A stretch of 64,000 bases of DNA from Myxococcales bacterium (GTDB lineage: Bacteria > Myxococcota_A > Polyangia > Polyangiales > DASUME01): assembly GCA_047601445.1 (NCBI GenBank), contig JASGJH010000001.1, forward strand, positions 4,544,001-4,608,000, in the 5' to 3' direction. Of this stretch, positions 30,151-39,809 are shown piece by piece; positions within the stretch are counted from its first letter, which is position 1, and the number at the start of each line of letters is the position of its first letter. The notes under the pieces are model-generated. The model was not told the DNA's origin. It worked only from the letters and a program-made list of their open reading frames with translations, and searched no databases. Made by a program: the position numbers and the translations under genes.

Positions 30151-30423
30151 ATGTGCCGTAATATCAAGCCGCTGTTCAACTTTGCGCCACCCGCCACCGA
30201 CGCCGAGATTCACGCAGCTTCGCTTCAGTTCGTGCGCAAGTTGAGCGGCTTCACCAAGCCATCGACCGCCAACGAAGAAGTCTTCGAACAAGCCGTCACC
30301 GACATCGCGGCCATCGCGCGCGTGTTGATCGACTCGATGTCCACCCAGGCGCCGCCCAAGGATCGCGAGGTGGAAGCGGAGAAGGCCAAGGAGCGCTCAC
30401 GGCTCCGCTTCGGCACCCGCTGA
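30151..30423 (+). CDS. DUF2277 family protein
   Basis: MCRNIKPLFNFAPPATDAEIHAASLQFVRK signature. Confidence 0.88.
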   Translation: MCRNIKPLFNFAPPATDAEIHAASLQFVRKLSGFTKPSTANEEVFEQAVTDIAAIARVLIDSMSTQAPPKDREVEAEKAKERSRLRFGTR

Positions 30424-30473
30424 TCGGCCCACACGGTCGCTGCGCTGCGCCGCTCGCGCGCTACCATCACGGC

Positions 30474-31475
30474 ATGGATAGCTGCTTTCTCGGACAGACC
30501 GGCGTGCGCGTCTCGAGGCTCGCCTTCGGCACCATGAGCTTCGGAGGCGACGCAGACGCCGAAGAGAGCGCCCGCCTCTACGCCACATGCCGCGACGCCG
30601 GCATCAACCTGTTCGACTGTGCCGACGTGTACAGCCAGGGTCGCGCAGAGGAGATTCTGGGCAAGCTGATGGCCCACGAGCGCGATCAAATCGTGCTCAC
30701 CAGCAAGTTCAGCTTTCCGGCTGGCCCGACCCCCAAGGATCCCAACGCCTGCGGCGCGAGCCGCTACCACCTGGTGCGCGCCTGCGAAGCCAGCCTGCGC
30801 CGGCTCGGCACCGACCGTATCGACGTGTACTTCGTGCACCGCTTCGATCCGCGCACCGAGCTCGAAGAGACGCTCCGAGGGCTCGAGATCCTGGTGCAGA
30901 GTGGCAAGATCCTCTACCCGGCCGTGAGCAACTTCGCCGCCTATCAGACCCAGCGCGCCCTCGACCTCGCGGAGCGCGCCGGTTGGGCGAAGCTGGTGGC
31001 GATCCAACCCATGTACAATCTGCTCAAGCGCCAGGCGGAGGTCGAACTGCTGCCCATGGCGCGCGACAACCGCATCGGCGTGCTGCCCTACAGCCCACTC
31101 GCCGCGGGTCTGTTGAGCGGCAAGTACTCACGCGAGCAGCCGCCCAGCGAGGGCCGCATGCTGAGCAGCAAGAACTATCAGGTGCGTTATGCCGCCACCG
31201 ACGCGCGCAGCGTCGCGAGCGGCTTCTTGCAGATCGCGGAGCGCTTCGGGGTCCCCGCGGCCGCGCTCGCCATCGCCTGGGTGGCGGCCCATCCGGCTGT
31301 TACGGCCCCCTTGCTGGGCGCGCGCAACGTGAGCCAGCTCAAGACCTGCCTGGAGGCCGCAACCATCCGCCTCGACCCTGGACAGTACGCCGAGATTGCG
31401 GCGCTCACGCCCGCGCCGGCGCCGGCCACCGATTGCAACGACGACGGCACCGAGCACGACCTCTGGAAGCGCTAG
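30474..31475 (+). CDS. Aldo/keto reductase
   Basis: GTMSFG, FDCADVY, SLRRLGTDRIDVYFVH, YSPLAAGLLSGKY. Confidence 0.93.
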   Translation: MDSCFLGQTGVRVSRLAFGTMSFGGDADAEESARLYATCRDAGINLFDCADVYSQGRAEEILGKLMAHERDQIVLTSKFSFPAGPTPKDPNACGASRYHLVRACEASLRRLGTDRIDVYFVHRFDPRTELEETLRGLEILVQSGKILYPAVSNFAAYQTQRALDLAERAGWAKLVAIQPMYNLLKRQAEVELLPMARDNRIGVLPYSPLAAGLLSGKYSREQPPSEGRMLSSKNYQVRYAATDARSVASGFLQIAERFGVPAAALAIAWVAAHPAVTAPLLGARNVSQLKTCLEAATIRLDPGQYAEIAALTPAPAPATDCNDDGTEHDLWKR

Positions 31476-31645
31476 GGGGGTGTCCCTAATTCCGGTGCGC
31501 ATCAGGGCGCGGATTTCCGTCGCATCGCGAGCGCGCCCGCAGGCTCGACCTGAAGGTCGGGCCGAGCACGAAAGCCGCGATGCGGCGGAAAGGCGCGATG
31601 CTGGCGTGCGCCGGAATTAGGGACGCCCGGACGCCCCCTAGCGCT
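31468..31645. mobile_element. MITE-like nested palindromic element between convergent genes
   Basis: CTAG at both ends; terminal IR GGGTGTCCCTAATTCCGG / CCGGAATTAGGGACGCCC; inner stems; no ORF. Confidence 0.6.
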
Positions 31646-31646
31646 C

Positions 31647-32303
31647 TTAGAACGCCGGGAGACCCGAGCAAGTGCTGAAGGCTGCGCCGCAGTTGTCGAT
31701 GCGGCATTGGTTGCAGGCCGTGCTCGAAACCGGCACCAGGCATGCGGCCAGGCAGTTCAGCAGCGTGCACTGATTGGCGCTCAGATAGCAGTCGACGCAG
31801 GCGTCGCTGGCGCCGTCGACCTTGGGGTCGCCCAGCACGCAGTCCTTCACCAGACCAAAGCCCGCGCTGTCGGAGAGGCTCTGTTCGTTGCAGCGGCCGA
31901 CTGACGCTTGGATGGCCCCGTCGCAGACGAGGTCGAGCTCCTGGAGCGAGGTGCATGCCCCTCCCGGAACGGCCGACATCACGAGCTGGTCGTACGTGAT
32001 GACGACGCCGCCGTCCGGAACGCCCGCGTCCTGATCCGTCGGGCCACAGGGCCGGTCCGGCAGCGTAGGCAGTGCGCCGGCATCGCCCGAAGCGCCGAGA
32101 TCGCCCTCGAATTCGCCATCGCCATCGCCCCTCGCGCCGTCGTCTTCGGGCTCGTCCGGCGGCGGCGGCGACTCGTGGTCAGCTGGCCCGGGTCCCTTCG
32201 GGGGCTCGGATCCTCCGCTGCCCACCACCGGGAAATCGGTCGTGGGCCCCCCGGCACAGCCGGCGAGCAGGCACCACCACAGAACCCGGGAGCGGGTAAG
32301 CAT
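31647..32303 (-). CDS. Cys-rich lipoprotein with CAGGPTTDFP N-terminus
   Basis: Lipobox LAGC, P/D/G linker, Cys-rich helical C-terminal domain. Confidence 0.75.
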   Translation of the reverse strand: MLTRSRVLWWCLLAGCAGGPTTDFPVVGSGGSEPPKGPGPADHESPPPPDEPEDDGARGDGDGEFEGDLGASGDAGALPTLPDRPCGPTDQDAGVPDGGVVITYDQLVMSAVPGGACTSLQELDLVCDGAIQASVGRCNEQSLSDSAGFGLVKDCVLGDPKVDGASDACVDCYLSANQCTLLNCLAACLVPVSSTACNQCRIDNCGAAFSTCSGLPAF

Positions 32304-32412
32304 AAAGTCCCTTCACTTTCGCAGTTCCCCGAGGTTTCCACAAGGCAGCTCACCTGGCGGGGCGTAAGCCGGCTCACCGATGGACCCGTGGCCGAGGGCG
32401 ACTCGCCATGAA

Positions 32413-32440
32413 TTGACATCACAAAGGACGCCCTTATACT
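32413..32440 (+). promoter_or_regulatory. Sigma70 stable-RNA-type promoter for the tRNA
   Basis: TTGACA-16 nt-TATACT followed by GC-rich discriminator CCGCC, 40 bp before the tRNA. Confidence 0.8.
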
Positions 32441-32480
32441 CCGCCACCTTCGAACCCGGCCTTGTGCCGGCTCGAACGTT

Positions 32481-32554
32481 GGCGACATAGCTCAGTTGGT
32501 CAGAGCGGGCGTTTCATACGCGCTAGGTCGGTAGTTCAAATCTACCTGTCGCCA
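32481..32554 (+). tRNA. tRNA-Met (CAT), elongator type; CCA not fully encoded
   Basis: Acceptor GGCGACA/TGTCGCC, D-arm GCTC..GAGC, anticodon loop TTCATAC, T-loop TTCAAAT; paired 1-72 argues against initiator; Ile2 not fully excluded. Confidence 0.92.
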
Positions 32555-32657
32555 CCCTTAGTTCTCCTCCCCAGCCGGATGCTCCGGACACGTCGTCCAG
32601 ACGTGTCCGTGCGCGCTCCGCACGCAGTCGCACGCTTGCAACCCTACTGGCTCACCG

Positions 32658-33080
32658 CTAGCGGTCGCCCAGGGTCAGCAGCGCGCCTGCCACCATGAGC
32701 GCCGCGCCCGCCGCGAGGCGCCACGACAACTTTTCTCCGAGCACGAGCACGGCAAGCGCGATGGTCAGGGGCAGACTGAGTTTGTCGAGCGGCGCCACGC
32801 GCGATGCCGGCGCGAGCTGCAGGGCCCTGAAATAGGCGAGCCACGAGAGCCCCGTCGCAAGTCCGGACAGGGTCAGGAAAAGCCACGAGCGCGCGCTGAC
32901 CTCGCGCACGGCGCGTAGCTCGCCCGCCCCGAGCGCGACCGCCCAGGCGAAGGCGAGTGCGCAGCTGGTGCGCACGGCCAGCGCGAGGTTCGAAGGCACC
33001 CCTGCCACCCCGAGCTTGGCCAGGATGGCAGTGGCCGAAGCGGCTAACGCGGCGAACAGCGCGTAGGCCCACCAGCTCAT
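32658..33080 (-). CDS. EamA/DMT family small transporter
   Basis: ATAILAKLG, LSGLATGLSWLAYFRAL, VAPLDKLS, LGEKL. Confidence 0.9.
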   Translation of the reverse strand: MSWWAYALFAALAASATAILAKLGVAGVPSNLALAVRTSCALAFAWAVALGAGELRAVREVSARSWLFLTLSGLATGLSWLAYFRALQLAPASRVAPLDKLSLPLTIALAVLVLGEKLSWRLAAGAALMVAGALLTLGDR

Positions 33081-33173
33081 CGGGATGCACTCCAAGCGGC
33101 GCGTGGTTGGCTCGCGGTCGGGCTCATCCACTCAAGATAGCCCAGGGACCGCGGCTCGGGGCCGCCTGACGCT

Positions 33174-34319
33174 TCACTGCTCGATTTGACGTTCCCAGCT
33201 GAAGGGCCCGAACGCGTCGTTGCCGTTCGGCAGGTTCTGGCCCGGGTCGACCTTGAGGCGCAGGTACTCGAGCGGGAACGTGCTGCCGTGAACCACGACG
33301 CGGTGGAAGTTCGGCACGTCGTAGCCAGGGTGCATGTAGTTGAGCGGATCGGAGGCCGACAGGGGGTTGTCGGAGCGGTACACGTGGGAGTCGCCGTTCA
33401 GCATCAACACGGGACGACCAAAGGCCTGCGTGTTCTCGGCGATGTTGGCCACGAAGGGCTCGTAGCCGGTCTGGTGAGCGGCGCCCTTCTCGGCGTCCCA
33501 CATATCGGCCTGCGCGATGATCGCCACGGCCTTCACGCCGGTGACGCGCGCGACGAGGAACGCGGAGTCGAGCCAACGCAGCGTGGCTCCGGTGCGCTTC
33601 TCGCGCTCCGTGGTCTGCTCGGCGCTCTCGGTGGGCGCGCCGTACCAGATGTCTTGATCGTTGTTCGAGCCGCCGGGCATGTTGACGGCCACGAACAGGA
33701 CGCGGTTCTGTTCCCACATCACGTTTTCGACGTACTCGCGATCGCTGGGGTGACGCGGATCGAACAGCACGCCCTGGGAGAGCACGATCTTGCGACCGCC
33801 GCCGAGCGCGAGGCCGGGCGCGGGGAAGAAGATGGAGCGCACGAGCGCGAGGTTCGCCACCGGGTTGCCGCCATCGTAGTCGATCGTGTTGCCGGTGGAG
33901 TCGAGCAGGTACTTGATGGTGCCCGTGGCCGAGTCGTAGCTGCCGCCGCCTTCGGCGGTCTTGTGGCAGTCGGCCCACTCGTTGTCGCCAGGCGTGTAGA
34001 CGAGCGGATCCTGGAAGTGACTCCAGAGATCGTAGACGGTGCGGTCGTAGGCCTCGGTGCAGTACTGCTTGCCCGAGTGAATGTCGCCGACGTGAACCAC
34101 GAGCTCCACGTCCGGATCCGCGTTGACCGCGTCCACGAAGGCAGGGGTCGCCGACAGCTCGGCGGTGTCGGTGGGATTGGTGCCGTAGGGGGCGTCGCCG
34201 AACACGGCGATGGTGACCGGGCGCGTCTTGGGCCCGACGGCGTGGGCGGCGGGCGCCCCGCACAGCGTGCTGACGGCGAGGGCCGCCGGCACGAACAGAA
34301 TTCGACTGGAAATCGACAT
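33174..34319 (-). CDS. Secreted metallophosphoesterase (calcineurin-like)
   Basis: Signal peptide; GDAPY, HVGDIH, PGDNEW, GDSH motifs. Confidence 0.85.
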   Translation of the reverse strand: MSISSRILFVPAALAVSTLCGAPAAHAVGPKTRPVTIAVFGDAPYGTNPTDTAELSATPAFVDAVNADPDVELVVHVGDIHSGKQYCTEAYDRTVYDLWSHFQDPLVYTPGDNEWADCHKTAEGGGSYDSATGTIKYLLDSTGNTIDYDGGNPVANLALVRSIFFPAPGLALGGGRKIVLSQGVLFDPRHPSDREYVENVMWEQNRVLFVAVNMPGGSNNDQDIWYGAPTESAEQTTEREKRTGATLRWLDSAFLVARVTGVKAVAIIAQADMWDAEKGAAHQTGYEPFVANIAENTQAFGRPVLMLNGDSHVYRSDNPLSASDPLNYMHPGYDVPNFHRVVVHGSTFPLEYLRLKVDPGQNLPNGNDAFGPFSWERQIEQ

Positions 34320-34530
34320 CGCTTCTCTCCTGGAAAACGCGCAAGAACGAGCGCGTTCGAAGTGCCAGGGCCCTACGCGAGCAGGATGCCGTTCGGGCGG
34401 CACTTCCGTGACGAATCACGCACATGCGCGCTTCTTCATTCGAGGGACGCTCGAATTCGGAGAGAGAAATCAACGCGGATCAAGTGCGAGCACGCTCTCG
34501 AAGCTCACGCGTCGCGGCGTACCCAGCGGC

Positions 34531-37500
34531 CTATTCGGCGTGACCTGGGTGAAGCGCTCGCTGACGTCGCCCTCGGCGACGCTGCCTTCGCTGTGCGTTG
34601 ACGCTCATCAGGCGCTCGATGAACACGAACAACGAGGGCACGAAGAAGATCCCGAGCAAGGTGGCGGCCAACATGCCGGACACCACGGTGGTCCCCATGA
34701 TTCGGCGTCCGCCCGCGCCCGCGCCGCTGGCAAACCACAGCGGCAAGCAGCCTGCGATGAAGGCGAACGAGGTCATCAAGATGGGGCGCAGTCGCAGGCG
34801 CGCGGCCTCGATCGCGGCGTCCATCAAACTTTGGCCCTGCTCGAGCCGCAGCTTGGCGAACTCCACGATCAAGATCGCGTTCTTGGCGGTGAGACCCACC
34901 AGCATCACCAGGCCGATCTGGGCGAACACGTTGTTGTCGAAGCGCCGCGAGAGCAGTCCCAGGTAGGCCCCGAGGATGGCGACCGGCGTGCTCAGGAGCA
35001 CGCTGAAGGGCAACGACCAACTCTCGTAGAGGGCCGCCAGGATCAGGAACACGAACACCAAGGACAGCGCCAGGGCACGCGCGGAGTTACCGCCCGCGAT
35101 GCGCTCCTGATACGAGAGCGCGTTCCAGTCGTAGCCCATGCCCGAAGGCAGCACGTTCTTGGCCACCTCCTCGAGGGCATCGAGCGCCTGCCCCGAACTG
35201 TAGCCAGGCGCCGGCTGCCCGAGCACCTCGGCGGCTCGGTAGAGGTTGAAACGTGAGGTGTACTCGGGGCCGCTCACCGAGCGCATGCGCACCAGGGTCG
35301 AGAGCGGGACCATCTCGCCTTGCACGTTGCGTACGTGGAGCTGGGTAAGGTCATCGGTCTTCTCACGATACTCGGGGGCAGCCTGCGCGAACACGCGCCA
35401 CTGGCGGCCGAAGCGCGTGAAGTCGTTGATGTACACGCCGCCCCAAAAGGTCTGCAGAGCGCCGTAAATCTCGGGTAGCGGCACGCCCACCTTGAGCGCC
35501 TTCTCCTTGTCCACCTCGGCGAACAGCTGGGGCACGTCGGCCGAGAAGGTCGTGAGCACGCCGGTGAGCTCCTTGCGCTTGTGCGCCTCGGTGACGAAGC
35601 GCTGCACGTGGGTAGCGAGGTAGTCCACCGTGGAGCCGCTCCGATCCTGCAGCATCATGCTGAAGCCGCCGGTAGCGCTGATGCCGGGAATGGCGGGCGG
35701 CAACACGGCGAACAGGGTGGCCCCTGGGATCTTCGAGAAGGCGATGTTGAGCTTCTGGGCGATGGCCTTGGCGTCGAGAGCACGCCCACGCTCCTTCCAG
35801 GGCTTGAGCCCCACGAAGGCGGTGCCCGAGTAGGTGGCCGTGGTGCGCGTGAGGATGCTGAAGCCTGCGATCGAGTTGTAGGCGCGCACGCCCTCGGTCT
35901 TGGAGATGACGGACTCCATCTGCCGGAACACGGAGCGCGTGCGCTCCAGGGACGCGCCGCTCGGGAGCTGCACACCCACGACCAGATAGCCCTGATCCTC
36001 GTCCGGCACGAAGCCACTCGGCAAGCGCGAACCCGAGAGCAGCGCAATGCCCGTGACGCCCGCCAAGAGCAGCAGCGGGATGGCCAGCTTGCGCATCAAC
36101 AGACGGTTGACCCGCACGTAGCCCTCGGTGGTGCGCTCGAACCAGGCGTTGAAGCGCCGCCCCGCGCGCCCGAAGAAGCCGCGCGCTTCCTGCTTGGGCC
36201 TGAGGAGCATTGCGCTCAAGGCCGGGCTCAAGGTGAGCGCGTTGAAGGCGCTGATCAGCACGCTGATGGCGATGGTGAGGGCAAACTGCTGGTAGAGCCG
36301 ACCGGTGATGCCGCCCATGAAGGCCACTGGCACGAACACCGCGGCCAAGATCAGCGCGATGCCGATCACCGGCGCCGAGACTTCGCTCATGGCCTTGAGC
36401 GTGGCCTCCTTGGGACTCAGCCCCTGCTCGATGTGATGCTGCACCGCCTCCACCACCACGATGGCGTCGTCCACCACCAGGCCGATGGCCAGCACCAGAC
36501 CAAATAGCGAGAGGGTGTTGATGGAGAAGCCGAGCAACGGGAAGATGGCGAAGGCACCGATCAGCGAGACCGGCACCGTGAGCAAAGGAATCAAGGTGGC
36601 GCGGAAGCTCTGCAAGAACACGAATACCACGATCACCACCAGAATCACGGCTTCGAACAGGGTCTGAAGGATCTCTTCGATGCCACCCTTCACCGGCAAG
36701 GTGGTGTCCAGGGACACGGCATACTCGAGGCCAGGAGGGAAACGCTCCTTGAGCTCGGCGAGCTTCGCCTGGATCTCCGACGCCACCTCGAGCGCGTTCG
36801 AGCCGGGCGACTGGAACGCGGCGACCACGGCCGCGGGCTTGCCGTTGTAGGCGCCGGCCTGGCCATAGGTGAGCGCACCGAGCTCCACGCGAGCCACGTC
36901 GCGCAGGGACACCAGCGAGCCGTCGGGGGTCTGACGCAGGATGATCGCCTCGAACTCCTCGGGCGTCACCAGGCGCCCCTGGGCACGCACCGTATAGGTG
37001 AGCGGTGTGCCCGGTGTGGCGGGTTCGGCGCCCACGCGCCCTGCCGGATTCACCGTGTTTTGGGCACGCACGGCAGCCTGTACGTCGTTCACGGTGAGGC
37101 CCAGGCGCGCCATCAGGTCCGGCTTGAGCCAAATGCGCAGGGCGTACTGCGAGGAGCCGAAGTTCACGATGTCGCCCACGCCCTTGATGCGCGCGAGCAC
37201 GTCGTTGACGTTGATCAAGGCGTAGTTGGAGAGGAAGTTGGCGTCGTAGCGACCGTCGGGCGAGTAGAACGAGAACACGATCAGCGGGAAGGCCAGGGAC
37301 TTCTTGATCGTGACGCCGTAGTTCTTCACATCCTGGGGCAACTGGGCCTGGGCCTGCGAGAAGCGGTTCTGCACCAGCACGTTGTCGATGTCGATGTCGC
37401 TGTCTACGTCGAAGGTGACGTTCTGGGTCATCGTGCCGTCGTTGGCGTTGATCGACTGGATATACAGGCTCTTGTCGACGCCGTTCATCTGCTGTTCGAT

Positions 37501-37692
37501 GGGCGTCGCCACCGCTTGCTCGATGGTGACCGCGTCGGCACCCGTGTACGTGGTGGTCAGCTGTACCTGGGGCGGCACGATCTCCGGATACTGCGAGATG
37601 GGCAGACCCAAGATGGACACCACGCCCAAGAGCGTGGTGAGCAGCGCGATCACGATGGCCACGATGGGGCGTCGAATGAAGAAGGCCGCCAT
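34531..37692 (-). CDS. RND efflux permease (AcrB/HAE1 family)
   Basis: FFIRRPI, GLVVDDAIVVVE, AKNAILIVEFA, RLRPILMTS; 1053 aa. Confidence 0.96.
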   Translation of the reverse strand: MAAFFIRRPIVAIVIALLTTLLGVVSILGLPISQYPEIVPPQVQLTTTYTGADAVTIEQAVATPIEQQMNGVDKSLYIQSINANDGTMTQNVTFDVDSDIDIDNVLVQNRFSQAQAQLPQDVKNYGVTIKKSLAFPLIVFSFYSPDGRYDANFLSNYALINVNDVLARIKGVGDIVNFGSSQYALRIWLKPDLMARLGLTVNDVQAAVRAQNTVNPAGRVGAEPATPGTPLTYTVRAQGRLVTPEEFEAIILRQTPDGSLVSLRDVARVELGALTYGQAGAYNGKPAAVVAAFQSPGSNALEVASEIQAKLAELKERFPPGLEYAVSLDTTLPVKGGIEEILQTLFEAVILVVIVVFVFLQSFRATLIPLLTVPVSLIGAFAIFPLLGFSINTLSLFGLVLAIGLVVDDAIVVVEAVQHHIEQGLSPKEATLKAMSEVSAPVIGIALILAAVFVPVAFMGGITGRLYQQFALTIAISVLISAFNALTLSPALSAMLLRPKQEARGFFGRAGRRFNAWFERTTEGYVRVNRLLMRKLAIPLLLLAGVTGIALLSGSRLPSGFVPDEDQGYLVVGVQLPSGASLERTRSVFRQMESVISKTEGVRAYNSIAGFSILTRTTATYSGTAFVGLKPWKERGRALDAKAIAQKLNIAFSKIPGATLFAVLPPAIPGISATGGFSMMLQDRSGSTVDYLATHVQRFVTEAHKRKELTGVLTTFSADVPQLFAEVDKEKALKVGVPLPEIYGALQTFWGGVYINDFTRFGRQWRVFAQAAPEYREKTDDLTQLHVRNVQGEMVPLSTLVRMRSVSGPEYTSRFNLYRAAEVLGQPAPGYSSGQALDALEEVAKNVLPSGMGYDWNALSYQERIAGGNSARALALSLVFVFLILAALYESWSLPFSVLLSTPVAILGAYLGLLSRRFDNNVFAQIGLVMLVGLTAKNAILIVEFAKLRLEQGQSLMDAAIEAARLRLRPILMTSFAFIAGCLPLWFASGAGAGGRRIMGTTVVSGMLAATLLGIFFVPSLFVFIERLMSVNAQRRQRRRGRRQRALHPGHAE

Positions 37693-37701
37693 GATCTTCC
37701 C

Positions 37702-38949
37702 TCAGGGTTCGTCCAGGCGCGCGCTCTTCTGCGGCACGTGCTTGGGCACCACGCGACTCCCGTCCTTCACCTTCTGGATTCCCTCCACCACCACGCGCTC
37801 TCCCTGTGAGACGCCCTTCTTGATCACGCGCTGGTCGTCCACGCGCGCACCGACCTCCACGGGCCGCAGCTGCACCACGTTGTCGTCGCCGACCACCGCC
37901 AGCGAGAAGGTCCCCTGCACCTCGATCAAGGACTTCTCCGCCACCACCAGGGTCTGGTTCTTCTGTGTGTCGGGACGCTGGATACGGACGCGACCGTACT
38001 GCCCAGGGCGCAAGACCTGATCGGGGTTGGGGAACAGGCACTCGAGGCCGATGGTGGCTGTGGCCGGGTCGATCTCGCGATCGGCCGAGATGATGACGCC
38101 CTGGTGCGGGTACACGCTGCCGTCGGCCAACACCAGCTCGATGCCGGCCACGCCTTGCTCGGTGGTGCCTTTGCTCGCGAGGGAGCTGAACTGACGCTGA
38201 GCCCAGGCGAGGTCGCGTCCCTCGAACTGCTTGGTGCGCTGCGCGTAGCGGATGTACTCGACCTCGGCGACCGAGAAGCGCACGCGCATGGGATCGATCT
38301 GCGACACCGTGGTGAGCAAGGTGGGTCCATCTTTGCCGACCAGGTTGCCGACGCGCACCTGGGCCACGCCCGCGACACCGTCCACTGGAGAGCGAATCTG
38401 GGTATAGGAGAGGTTGATCTCGGCTTGCTCGAGCGAGGCCTTGGCCGCCGTCTCCTGACCTGTCGCGTCCTGCTTGGCGGCCAGTGCCTCGTCGTAGGCC
38501 TGGCGCGGGGTCGCCTTCATCTGCACCAGCTGCTCCTGGCGCTCGAGCTGGGTTTGCCCCAGCGCACGCGCCGCCTTGGCGCGTTCGAGGTTGCCACGCG
38601 CCAGGCTGGCCTGAGCCGAGTACTCGCTGGGATCGATGGTAAACAGCAGCTGCCCGGTCTTCACGCGCGCCCCATCCTGGTACTTCTGCGACTCCAGATA
38701 GCCGCTCACGCGCGCGCGGATCTCGGCGTTCACGTAGCCGTCGAGCACGGCCACCGCCTCGATGTATTCCTTCACGTCGCGCGTCTCGACCTCGTCCACC
38801 AACACGGTGGGCGGCGGTGGCGCCTTGGGTGCGGCCTGACCGCCGCAAGCAGCCAGCGCAAAAGGCAGCGCGCAGAGCGCCGCGACCCACGCCCATCTGA
38901 AGGGCGCACCCCTATTCCGATGCCGCTCGGGCGCGTGGGCAGGTGCCAT
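37702..38949 (-). CDS. RND periplasmic adaptor (MFP) lipoprotein
   Basis: Lipobox LAAC, EIRARVSGYL, LSYTQIRSPVDG, LRPGQY. Confidence 0.93.
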   Translation of the reverse strand: MAPAHAPERHRNRGAPFRWAWVAALCALPFALAACGGQAAPKAPPPPTVLVDEVETRDVKEYIEAVAVLDGYVNAEIRARVSGYLESQKYQDGARVKTGQLLFTIDPSEYSAQASLARGNLERAKAARALGQTQLERQEQLVQMKATPRQAYDEALAAKQDATGQETAAKASLEQAEINLSYTQIRSPVDGVAGVAQVRVGNLVGKDGPTLLTTVSQIDPMRVRFSVAEVEYIRYAQRTKQFEGRDLAWAQRQFSSLASKGTTEQGVAGIELVLADGSVYPHQGVIISADREIDPATATIGLECLFPNPDQVLRPGQYGRVRIQRPDTQKNQTLVVAEKSLIEVQGTFSLAVVGDDNVVQLRPVEVGARVDDQRVIKKGVSQGERVVVEGIQKVKDGSRVVPKHVPQKSARLDEP

Positions 38950-39170
38950 TCTTTCTGGTTAGCGCGCGCGGGCGAGGCGAGGGTCGAGTTGGCTGAAAAT
39001 GCCACGTCGATCACGGCACTTGGACCTCCGCGCCACAAGCTGCGCCTGCTCACCCGGCGTGCGCGGTCGTGCCCGCTGAGGCGGGCGCGGTCGAACGTAG
39101 CTCTCACGCGAGCTCTGAGAATCCATCAAGCCCCTCGCCAAGGCGCCCAGTTTTGGCGTAGATCTCGCTC

Positions 39171-39803
39171 ATGGCCGAGAACACTGCGCATCCCCTGCCT
39201 TCGCCTGTCGTCGCTCGCGCGCCCGAGGACTCGCTTCGACCCCCCGAGCGCGCCCAGTTCAGGCGCATGGACGAAAGCAGCCGCGCCGAATGGATGTTGA
39301 TCGGACGCGCCACCGTGGAGCTGCAGCCCGAGGTCCCCGAGCGCGTGCTCGCCATGCTGCGCAGCCTCGAGGGTATGTACGCGGGCTTCGGCGTCGACCA
39401 GCTGCATCACGCGCTGCAGACCGCGAGCATGGCCAAGCGCGCCAATGCGAGCGACGAGATGGTGCTGGTCGCGCTGTGCCATGACGTGGGCAAGGCGATC
39501 TCCATCCAGAACCACGCCGCCATCGCCGCCGAGATGCTCAAGCCCTATGTGTCCGACGACGCCTACCACGTGCTGCGGACCCATCAGGACTTTCAGGGCC
39601 GCCACTACTACGAGCACTTCGGCATGAGCGCCAACCTGCGCGCGCAGTATGCGCACGAGCCATGGTTCGCGCTGGCCGAGCAGTTCACGGACGAGTGGGA
39701 TCAGGCGGCTTTCGACCCGGACTACCCTGTGCTGCCGCTCGCAGAGTTCGAGCCACTCGTGCGCGAGAAGCTCGGACGGTTCACCTTCGGTGCCAAGAAG
39801 TAG
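39171..39803 (+). CDS. HD-domain protein (PhnZ/TmpB-like branch possible)
   Basis: DQLHHALQTA..A....L.HDVGK..NH pattern. Confidence 0.75.
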   Translation: MAENTAHPLPSPVVARAPEDSLRPPERAQFRRMDESSRAEWMLIGRATVELQPEVPERVLAMLRSLEGMYAGFGVDQLHHALQTASMAKRANASDEMVLVALCHDVGKAISIQNHAAIAAEMLKPYVSDDAYHVLRTHQDFQGRHYYEHFGMSANLRAQYAHEPWFALAEQFTDEWDQAAFDPDYPVLPLAEFEPLVREKLGRFTFGAKK

Positions 39804-39809
39804 CGCCAG

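Noticed and set aside
32555..33200. Integrated element at tRNA-Met
   Set aside because: No integrase and no duplicated tRNA 3' end seen.
35363..38896. 1177-aa ORF and many other long alternative-frame or antisense ORFs
   Set aside because: Arg/Gly/Ala-rich shadows of well-supported genes, expected at this GC content and codon bias.
39153..39168. Sigma54-like TGGC-N-TCGC motif
   Set aside because: Too close to the start codon at 39171 to leave room for a transcript leader.
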